From assembly GCA_903861145.1 (NCBI GenBank), contig CAIOTH010000089.1:4792-68791 (forward strand): a DNA stretch of 64,000 nt. The letters run 5' to 3'. The stretch comes from an uncultured Bacteroidota bacterium. Its GTDB lineage: Bacteria > Bacteroidota > Bacteroidia > Chitinophagales > LD1. Below the pieces are notes generated by a model that saw nothing but the letters and a program-made list of their open reading frames with translations, was not told the DNA's origin and searched no databases. Position 1 is the first letter of the stretch, and every line of letters begins with the position of its first letter. This document shows positions 10,933 through 18,691 of this stretch, piece after piece. The position numbers were made by a program, and so were the translations under genes.

Positions 10933-10955
10933 TGTAACCTTTTGTAACCTTTTTT
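10933..10955 (+). repeat. tandem direct repeat (G/T)TGTAACCTT x2 (10-bp period)
   Basis: The sequence gtgtaacctt ttgtaacctt tttt is read directly. It is related to the motif at 61484-61500. Confidence 0.75.
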
Positions 10956-11255
10956 CGGCGCGCTAAACGCCCATGGCCCCTAAAGCTTACGCTTTTCAAC
11001 CTAAATCACTTTCAAACATCATTTCAAACAACAGTCATTCCGGTCACAAATGTTCTATAACCCTTAATTACAAAACTAAGCATACGCTTAATAACGTATG
11101 TAAAAAGTTATAGGCAGGGTGGGGATAAGAGAGTCCCCATCTCCTTCTTTTTAAGTGAGCCTGTCCCGATGCCACATCGGGTTGTGAGTTTGGCTGTTTG
11201 CATATTGCTTGGCAAATAATTTCAATCTAAATTCACAACATAAAGAACCCAAAAA

Positions 11256-11615
11256 ATGAACCTTTCTTTGGCCATTCCCATGCTTATAGCAGCACCTATT
11301 CTTCTTATTTGTGGGTTTATGCTTAAAAAATATCCTCCACAAAAAATAAATATGTGGTATGGTTATCGAACGTCCCTATCCAGAAAAAATTCTGACACAT
11401 GGGCAATAGCCAATGCCTATTGTGCAAACTTATTTATGTTAGGGGGCTGTATTCTTACTGCATTAGGGCTAATCTCGCTTGTGCTTCCCGATATGGGAGT
11501 CAGCGGAACATATATTGGGCAGGGGATTCTATTTGGCTTTATAGCACTATTAGTTGCAGCTACAGAGAAACATTTGAATAAACTATTTGATAAAAATGGA
11601 AATCGAAAGGTATAG
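11256..11615 (+). CDS. SdpI/YhfL-family membrane protein
   Basis: A 119-aa ORF with three TM-like segments. 'NMWYGYRTSLSRKNSDTWAIAN' matches the SdpI-family signature (GxRT...S...W). Confidence 0.7.
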   Translation: MNLSLAIPMLIAAPILLICGFMLKKYPPQKINMWYGYRTSLSRKNSDTWAIANAYCANLFMLGGCILTALGLISLVLPDMGVSGTYIGQGILFGFIALLVAATEKHLNKLFDKNGNRKV

Positions 11616-11802
11616 AGCAAATGCATCGTCATTATTCGTCCCCCTGCAGCATTTCCAAATAACCTACTCCATTCCCCCTCTATCGCTTGCGATGGAGAGG
11701 GTGACCCAGTGAAGTGAAGGTCGAGAGGCCCGGCTGTTAACTCCGCATTTCCTCCGTGCGAAATGTACTAGCCTCTACCTATTGCCCGTTGCCAACTATT
11801 CT

Positions 11803-13554
11803 TTACTCCTTTACTAGCTTACTAACCCATGCTTTTTCAAACTTCCCTGTGGAGGATTTAGGGTTTACTTTTACGAAATATAAACCCACGGGCAACGAAC
11901 TAACATTAAAATTATAAGTTGAGATATGTTGGTTGCTGAATAATTGCATTATTTCCCTGCCGGTAATATCAAATACTGAAGCACTTAAAATTTCATTATA
12001 TCCGTTAAATTGCAAGGAGCAGTTACCACTTGCAGGGTTTGGGTATAAAACAATATTTGCATTTTCATCAGGTATTTTTTGTATTTCTGTTGTTGAACAA
12101 TCATGCTCAAGGCAAAGTCGGTTTAATTTTGCCACAAAGAGTTCGTAATCAAACCCTGTGTTTTCGATACTAATTCCATTATCGAAATTAATGGTATCCT
12201 TACCATGATAGACCCCCGTAGCATAAATACTACCATTAATACTGACGTTAATACTATTGATCTGATCATTGCTGCCCGCACTTTTTGCCCAAATTACCCT
12301 CCCGGAAGTGTCATAATTTACCAGTAAAATTTGAGATACCCCAGAATTTATTTGATACACATTTAGCAAAGTGTCAGTATCAAAATTAATAGCGCTACCT
12401 GAAAACCGACCAGCAACGAAGACATTGCCAATACTATCTGTAGCAACACTTAACCCATCATTATAGTTGCTACCGACCAATGCGGTATTAGTTCCTGCAT
12501 TACCAGCGCTTTTTGCCCATTTCACATTCCCGGAGGAATCGTATTTTATGAGAAATATATCGGATCCGCCGCCCGATAAAAAGTTATTATAAACAGTATC
12601 GCTATTGCCAACTACAAAATAATAGCTGAAAAAATTTCCAGTGACGTAAATATCCCCATAGATATCTGTAGTAACTCCATTAACATAATCTTCAGCGTTA
12701 CCACCGAAACTTTGAGCCCATTTAACTCTCCCCTGAACATCATATTTTACAATAAACGAATTGTCCAAACCTAAATTAGTCAATACAATTGAATCATATC
12801 CAAGAGTTGGACTATTGAAAGATCCGGCAACATAAATGTTGCCGGATGCGTCTGCACTTATGCTATTGGGGTTATTGCCTACCCCGTTGCCGGCTTTGGC
12901 CCAAAGTAAATTGCCGGCCTGATCGTATTTTGCGGTAAAGAAATTTGGCCTGATTAAAGTATCCGGGCTTAAAATGAGCGAATCGCTTCCAGAATATCCG
13001 GTAATGCAAGCGTTGCCGGCGGCATCAGTGCAAACCGCATACACATAATCATCTGCAGTTCCTCCGGCACTTTTTGCCCAAAGTATATTGCCCGAAGTAT
13101 CGAATTTTGCAATAAAAATATCTTTGCCCCCCGAATAATATAAAGTATCGTTGCCTATAATATAATAATAAATGCCGCTTTGAGTAGGCTTGGTATAAGT
13201 CCCCACTAAATAAATATTTCCATTGCCATCGGTAGCAATGTTACTAGGACCATCGTTACCATAGCTGGGGATACTTTTGGCCCAAAGTGCGTTTCCCGAT
13301 GAATCATACTTTGCAATAAAAATGTTCTGATAGCCGGTATTAGGGATAGTATCATTTCCTATTATAAGTGTACGACCCGTACAAGTTGTGGTAACGTAAA
13401 CATTGCCTTTGCTGTCAATGGCTAAATGGTCCCAAGTATCGTTAGGTGAGACATTTCCGATATTTCTTGCCCATGCCCAACTATAAGCTCCTGCTGTTAT
13501 AATCATTCCAGCACACCAAAACGATAAGACAATAGACAGACAAAGTTTTTTCAT
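11803..13554 (-). CDS. SBBP (beta-propeller) repeat protein with T9SS type A C-terminal sorting domain
   Basis: The unit 'D..GN.Y..G....(I)..KYD..GN..WAK' recurs about eight times. The C-terminus 'VLYPNPASGNCSLQF...GLYFVKV' is a T9SS CTD. A signal peptide is present. Confidence 0.85.
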   Translation of the reverse strand: MKKLCLSIVLSFWCAGMIITAGAYSWAWARNIGNVSPNDTWDHLAIDSKGNVYVTTTCTGRTLIIGNDTIPNTGYQNIFIAKYDSSGNALWAKSIPSYGNDGPSNIATDGNGNIYLVGTYTKPTQSGIYYYIIGNDTLYYSGGKDIFIAKFDTSGNILWAKSAGGTADDYVYAVCTDAAGNACITGYSGSDSLILSPDTLIRPNFFTAKYDQAGNLLWAKAGNGVGNNPNSISADASGNIYVAGSFNSPTLGYDSIVLTNLGLDNSFIVKYDVQGRVKWAQSFGGNAEDYVNGVTTDIYGDIYVTGNFFSYYFVVGNSDTVYNNFLSGGGSDIFLIKYDSSGNVKWAKSAGNAGTNTALVGSNYNDGLSVATDSIGNVFVAGRFSGSAINFDTDTLLNVYQINSGVSQILLVNYDTSGRVIWAKSAGSNDQINSINVSINGSIYATGVYHGKDTINFDNGISIENTGFDYELFVAKLNRLCLEHDCSTTEIQKIPDENANIVLYPNPASGNCSLQFNGYNEILSASVFDITGREIMQLFSNQHISTYNFNVSSLPVGLYFVKVNPKSSTGKFEKAWVSKLVKE

Positions 13555-13740
13555 AACTTCTTTATTTAATTCCCAAACATAACAAAAAAATAGAAAATAG
13601 AATTTAAAAAATATAATCGAAGATTTGACTAATAAATTCCACGCTGCCCAAATTTAAGCCCTGATTAACTTTGGCATAATATGCATCAGCTTGCAACTTA
13701 TCGCCGCTGTCTCTCTGAGCAAAATGTATTCAAACCCCAC

Positions 13741-13776
13741 AAAAAAGAGGGATGAACAAAAATTGTTCATCCCTCT
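13741..13776 (-). terminator. Rho-independent terminator after the 13803..15602 gene
   Basis: A perfect 14-bp stem, AGAGGGATGAACAA (13746-13759) paired with TTGTTCATCCCTCT (13763-13776). On the minus strand it is followed by TTTTTTGTGG. Confidence 0.85.
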
Positions 13777-13802
13777 TCAATTAATGTCCTTAATGCTTAT
13801 GC

Positions 13803-15602
13803 TTACTCTGTAACAACAAACTTTTTAGTAAAGCTGCTTCCATTTACAGTAAGGCGTGCAAAATAAATACCCGAAGCAATTCTCATATTGCTGTTAATCG
13901 AAATTTCGTGGGCACCTGCAACCTCACTCTCCTCATCCAATCTCGAAATTACCTTGCCCGTAATATCAATTATTTCAGAAGATACTTTCGAGTTATCAGT
14001 TAAAACATAAACCAGTTTACCATTGCCACCGCTAACCGGGTTAGGCTGAACAGTAAGTTTAAACGGATTCTCTTCAACCGCATTAATAGAGGCTGTTGGA
14101 TTTGGAACGCTTTCAGTATACATGTAGTAAAACAACTGCATTTCATCCGATGTAGTAAAACCAAAGTGAACGCACGATGTATCTGCGGTCCACGAAGTAT
14201 TAGCAACTAAACCACCCGAAATGTTACCGGCATGGTTCGTTCCGTAATATACCGGCAGCAAACCATTATTAAAATATTCCAAAGGCGGGTGGGTATGATC
14301 CCAGAAACCTATAGGAGCATTATTGGCGTAATCATATTGCCCGTTATAAACAGTATCCGTTTTAGCACCCGAAGTATCCTGCACATATACCCAGTATCCT
14401 GTCCCAAATTTATGGGTATGCCCTGCAATCATCCATATATATCTCATTCCGGCCGAACCGTTATCGCCATCTGCAAAATCCTGTCTCCATGGCTGGTTTA
14501 AAGGAAGGGTTCTTGGTGGAATAACTGCACAAAACAATTCCTCTCCAAGGCTAAGGCTGTTATTAACCAACTGCGAAATCATAGGTAATGTGTTGGCATT
14601 CCTTGGCTCAAAGTATACATTAAAATAAAAATCGCAAGGTAATACAGTGGTGGCATTATAGTTTTTCATGTGATAATTCATATCCAGGTAGGTCTTTTTA
14701 TCCCACATAAGGGCTGTACCTGCAGGCAAACTCACATCAGCAGTTTCTTGCCATGCAGCTGTAAGATTTTTATTACCATCAAATGATGTAGTTCCCAAAA
14801 CACCCAAATTACTAGGTGTTACCTGACCCATATTGCTAATATCCGGAGCATTTTGGCTCGCATCACGGGCCGAAGCAGAATCAGGATATTGGAACAACAG
14901 AAAATGGTGCGATTGTGCATTCATATAACCACTTATTCTGGTTACCTGTGCCAGGTAAGGAAAATTAACTACCTGCTGTTGCAACCATTCTTGTTCTTGA
15001 AAAGCGCCGCTTGTTGCAAGAAAAACAGGGCCCATTCTTAGTTGTACACCTGTGCCTGCAGCCGGCTTGGGCGGCTTGGCAAAAAACGGGATAATAGCAG
15101 TATCGTTGTAATAACTGTAAATAGTTCCGTAATCATATTTCGGGTCGCTAGCTGCATAAGCCTGTTTAGCGCCATATCTTATCCACTGTCGCACAACTTC
15201 TATCTCTACTTTCGAAAGTGTATCGCCGGTTATGGTCGCCATAAAGTTTCCTTCACCTGTGGCATCAAGTGATAAATCTGTATCGAACTGCTCTCCCGCA
15301 ATTTTCCTCAACAAAAAGCTGGAGTATGGCTCCTGTGGGAAAACAAGCTGCTCGTTTTTAGTTACCGAGCTAGGCCATAAAGCCGATGGATGGTTAAAAA
15401 TCTGCTGATAAACAGCAACCGAATCGCCGTCAAATTTCAAATTGTCTCCTGTTGAAGTTGCACTATGGCAGCTTGCATTCTGACATTTTGAATTAAGAAT
15501 TGTGTAAACTCTGCCATACTGTGATTGGGGTGACACATTGGTCTGCGCATGCAGAAAAACCAGAAGCAAACTAAATACCGTGAGAGTGGAGAACTTCTTC
15601 AT
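13803..15602 (-). CDS. secreted PHM/DBH-like copper monooxygenase-fold protein with N-terminal cytochrome-c-like module and T9SS type A sorting domain (function putative)
   Basis: A 599-aa ORF with a signal peptide. It contains the motifs 'KCQNASCH', 'SHHFLLF', 'NYHMKNY', 'GHTHKFG' and 'SDEMQLFYYMY'. The C-terminal 'LTVQPNPVSGG...GIYFARLTV' is a T9SS CTD. See findings. Confidence 0.8.
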   Translation of the reverse strand: MKKFSTLTVFSLLLVFLHAQTNVSPQSQYGRVYTILNSKCQNASCHSATSTGDNLKFDGDSVAVYQQIFNHPSALWPSSVTKNEQLVFPQEPYSSFLLRKIAGEQFDTDLSLDATGEGNFMATITGDTLSKVEIEVVRQWIRYGAKQAYAASDPKYDYGTIYSYYNDTAIIPFFAKPPKPAAGTGVQLRMGPVFLATSGAFQEQEWLQQQVVNFPYLAQVTRISGYMNAQSHHFLLFQYPDSASARDASQNAPDISNMGQVTPSNLGVLGTTSFDGNKNLTAAWQETADVSLPAGTALMWDKKTYLDMNYHMKNYNATTVLPCDFYFNVYFEPRNANTLPMISQLVNNSLSLGEELFCAVIPPRTLPLNQPWRQDFADGDNGSAGMRYIWMIAGHTHKFGTGYWVYVQDTSGAKTDTVYNGQYDYANNAPIGFWDHTHPPLEYFNNGLLPVYYGTNHAGNISGGLVANTSWTADTSCVHFGFTTSDEMQLFYYMYTESVPNPTASINAVEENPFKLTVQPNPVSGGNGKLVYVLTDNSKVSSEIIDITGKVISRLDEESEVAGAHEISINSNMRIASGIYFARLTVNGSSFTKKFVVTE

Positions 15603-15918
15603 TGTTGGTTTTTATTTTTTAGTTGCCCGAAGGTAGTAGTAAATAAACCAACTTTCAAACAACGGGTCGAATTTTTAACTAATTAGCCTTTAATTGTTTG
15701 CACCAGGTTATAAACACTGGCCTGTGTCATGTTTTACAACTCAGCTCCATTCGCAATATTTCATTACAACCACTATCTCCTTGTCTTGCTCCGCGTATGG
15801 TAATAAGCACTATCAACAATACTAGGTTCAATATTAGGGTACGTAGCATTAAATAACAAAGGCAGCTTTGCCATACTAATTTTTACTTAGTTACCGTTAT
15901 CTACTAAACCTAACCTAC

Positions 15919-16608
15919 ATGCTATTACTGCAAATTCTTACTGATACCGCCGCCGCGGCACACACCGCCACCAACGAGCATGCCTCCATCAATCTATTCG
16001 ATTTAATGATGAAAGGCGGATGGATCATGATTCCGCTGGGTATACTATCGGTTATTTCGGTTTACCTCATGATAGAAAGGTTTATTGTAATAAACCGGGC
16101 CTCAAAAGTCGACCCCGGCTTTATGCTAAACATTAAAAATATGCTGCTAAGCGGTAAAACCGATGCTGCATTAAGCCTTTGCCATGGTACAAACACTCCA
16201 ATTGCGCGCTTATTAGAGAAAGGAATTAAGCGCCTTGGTAAACCCATAAAAGAAATCGAAAGCGCCGTTGAAAATACCGGCAAACTCGAAATTTACAAGC
16301 TCGAAAAAAACCTATCCTATTTGGGTATCATCGCTGGTATTGCACCCATGTTCGGGTTTGTCGGCACTATCGCCGGTGTAATCCGCATTTTTTACGATAT
16401 CTCACTGCATAACGATATCAGCATCGGTTTAATTTCCGCAGGTCTTTACCAAAAAATGATAACCTCAGCTACCGGTTTAGTTGTAGGTATCATTGCACAC
16501 ATCGGCTTCCATTATCTCAATACGATGATTGACAGAGTTAGCTTTCAATTAGAAAGCACCACCGTTGAATTTATTGACCTGATACAGGAACCGGGAAATG
16601 AGAAATAA
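15919..16608 (+). CDS. exbB: MotA/TolQ/ExbB proton-channel family protein
   Basis: The pattern 'GGWIMIPLGILSVISVYLMIERF' followed by 'GIIAGIAPMFGFVGTIAGVI' is typical of ExbB. It is followed by an ExbD gene and a TonB-like gene. Confidence 0.9.
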   Translation: MLLLQILTDTAAAAHTATNEHASINLFDLMMKGGWIMIPLGILSVISVYLMIERFIVINRASKVDPGFMLNIKNMLLSGKTDAALSLCHGTNTPIARLLEKGIKRLGKPIKEIESAVENTGKLEIYKLEKNLSYLGIIAGIAPMFGFVGTIAGVIRIFYDISLHNDISIGLISAGLYQKMITSATGLVVGIIAHIGFHYLNTMIDRVSFQLESTTVEFIDLIQEPGNEK

Positions 16609-16686
16609 TGAAGCGGGAACATGTTTATCACTGTATTCTTTGTGTCTTAGTGCCTTAATGGCAAAAGCATTTTAAAGTAAATTATT

Positions 16687-17088
16687 ATGGAATTAAGGCG
16701 AAAATCAAGAATGACCTCCGAGGTAAGTACTTCAGCATTAAACGACATCATGTTCTTTTTAATGCTGTTCTTCCTCATCGTTTCTACCATGGTGGCTCCA
16801 TCGGTAATAAAAATCAATTTGCCCAAAACCAATGCTGCTAAGGCGCTTACAAAACAAAATATCGTTTTAGCTGTGGATTCTAACCTCAACTACTATCTTA
16901 ATAACGAGAAAATAACTTTCGATCAATTAGAACCAAAACTGCTAGCCATTACCCAAAAAGATACCGCTAAAGAGCCCACTATTGTTTTTCAGGCCAGTAA
17001 AAAGCTGAACTTACAGGATGTGGTAGACGTTATGGGTGTAGGCAGCAAGCTTAAAATGAAGTTGGTTTTGGCAACAACTAACAAGTGA
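16687..17088 (+). CDS. exbD: biopolymer transporter ExbD/TolR
   Basis: A 133-aa ORF. The single TM 'LNDIMFFLMLFFLIVS' and its length are typical of ExbD. Confidence 0.9.
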   Translation: MELRRKSRMTSEVSTSALNDIMFFLMLFFLIVSTMVAPSVIKINLPKTNAAKALTKQNIVLAVDSNLNYYLNNEKITFDQLEPKLLAITQKDTAKEPTIVFQASKKLNLQDVVDVMGVGSKLKMKLVLATTNK

Positions 17089-17113
17089 TAGTATTTGTTC
17101 AATAATTAGTTAT

Positions 17114-18019
17114 ATGTTTGTATCGCAATTCGAAAATGAGGAGCAAAGTTTCCGAAACAAAAAGGCAGGCAAAGCTATTGCCGCAACTATTTTGTTTCAT
17201 GCTCTTCTTTTATTGCTGCTACTGTTTACAATTTTGCACGAACCCAACCCTCCTTTAGAAGAACTCTCTGGCGGAACAACTGTAAACTTTGGTACCGATG
17301 CCGTTGGTACAGGCGATGAACAGCCTTTTACCTACAATCCCGGCACAACCGCGGCAGCCTCGGCCCCAAGCCAATCGGCCCCCGTTGAAAATACACCTGA
17401 TAAAGTACTCACCCAGGAAAATGAAGATAATAGTGTTGCCGTTCCTAAGGCCGATGATAAGCCTAAACCTAAAGTAAATAACAATGCCGTTTTTAAGCAC
17501 AAAACCAGGGTAAGTAACAATACAAGCACAACTACGGCCACTAACCCGGCACCAGCACCGGTTGAACAACCTAAACCCGATTCCAAGGCTTTATTCAATA
17601 AAGGCGCCTTTGGAACGCCAAACCACAGTAAAGGCGATGGACAAGGTGGCGGCCCCGGCGATCAGGGCGGTCCCAATGGCAACCCTAATTCAAAAAACTA
17701 CCTAGGCAAAGGCGATGGAAATGGTGAAGGTCCAGGTCACGGCGATTTAAAAGGTGGGGCTTACCTTAAAGGACGCAAAAACACCACATTACCAGCCCCC
17801 AATCAGTGCAATGCTCAAGGCAAAGTGGTTATAGCCATAACCGTAGATAGAACTGGGAGGGTCACGGACGCCACCTTTAGAATGGCCGGTTCAACTGCGG
17901 TAGACGATTGTAACATCAACAACGCCATTATCGCCGCCCGTAAAGCTACATTCAACCCCGACCCCAACGCGCCTGAGACACAACAGGGAACAATCACCTA
18001 TATTTATAAAGTGCATTAA
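17114..18019 (+). CDS. energy transducer TonB-like protein
   Basis: It has an N-terminal TM anchor, a long Pro/Gly/Asn-rich linker, and a C-terminal TonB_C-like region 'AQGKVVIAITVDRTGRVTDA'. Confidence 0.8.
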   Translation: MFVSQFENEEQSFRNKKAGKAIAATILFHALLLLLLLFTILHEPNPPLEELSGGTTVNFGTDAVGTGDEQPFTYNPGTTAAASAPSQSAPVENTPDKVLTQENEDNSVAVPKADDKPKPKVNNNAVFKHKTRVSNNTSTTTATNPAPAPVEQPKPDSKALFNKGAFGTPNHSKGDGQGGGPGDQGGPNGNPNSKNYLGKGDGNGEGPGHGDLKGGAYLKGRKNTTLPAPNQCNAQGKVVIAITVDRTGRVTDATFRMAGSTAVDDCNINNAIIAARKATFNPDPNAPETQQGTITYIYKVH

Positions 18020-18061
18020 TATGGGGCTGTTCGTTATCAAATTGCCGAATTATCGAATTAA

Positions 18062-18406
18062 CTAATTCGCCTCTGCAATCATCTTTTCAATCTCCTCCAG
18101 CTTCTCCAGGCTCATAGTCGATAGTAACTTGGTTATCTCTATCTTCTTTTCCCTTCTCCTTATCTTTTGAAGAGGATGGTCCGCCCTGTCATCCAAAAGG
18201 TCAGTAGGTATCCACTCAAAAATATCGTTGGGTGTACAATGCAGTAGGGTACATAACTTCTCAATGTGGTCAAGTCGCATATGTTCCACTTTGCCATTCT
18301 TGTATTTATGCGCTGTAAACGGCACAAAGCCGTTTTGGGCTAAAAACTTATAAGGCTGCTCAATGCCCCTTGCCTTGAATATTCGCTTAAGGTTTAAGTG
18401 TAACAT
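18062..18406 (-). CDS. helix-turn-helix (XRE-family) transcriptional regulator
   Basis: 'NLKRIFKARGIEQPYKFLAQNGF...LCTLLHCTPNDIFEW' is an HTH_XRE-type pattern. I chose the start at the ATG 18406..18404 (MLHLNLKR...) rather than the track start at 18454. Confidence 0.75.
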   Translation of the reverse strand: MLHLNLKRIFKARGIEQPYKFLAQNGFVPFTAHKYKNGKVEHMRLDHIEKLCTLLHCTPNDIFEWIPTDLLDDRADHPLQKIRRREKKIEITKLLSTMSLEKLEEIEKMIAEAN

Positions 18407-18678
18407 AGTTTTACGGCTTAATTTTGGGTTATAACTACATTGGCAAAACAACAAAGTGCATTCACAATACTATACACTAATTGCGCACAAATGTTGATTT
18501 CTTAATCATACTACCCAACCTATACCCCCATAAACCCAAAATATTGAGTTATCAACACCATTTGTTTTTGCAAAAAGCCAATTTATACTTTGAGTTTTTA
18601 GCTTTTAACATCTTAAATCTAAAAACGCTGCTAACCCACTAAAACCATCCAATTATCACGTTAATTTCAAAACCTCAT

Positions 18679-18686
18679 TAGATTTG
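18679..18686 (+). promoter_or_regulatory. candidate -7 box (TAnnTTTG) for nadC
   Basis: TAGATTTG ends 5 nt before the nadC ATG, which would give a nearly leaderless mRNA. Confidence 0.35.
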
Positions 18687-18691
18687 AGCCA

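Noticed and set aside
11256-11615. The SdpI-like gene as the immunity half of a toxin/immunity (SdpC/SdpR/SdpI) system.
   Set aside because: There is no SdpC-like toxin or ArsR-type SdpR gene nearby. The SdpI fold is widespread as a stand-alone membrane protein.
18062-18406. The stand-alone XRE-family HTH gene as a possible antitoxin or defence-island marker.
   Set aside because: No partner ORF is present. The flanks are a TonB gene and nadC, and the 285-bp upstream spacer has no small ORF with a plausible toxin fold.
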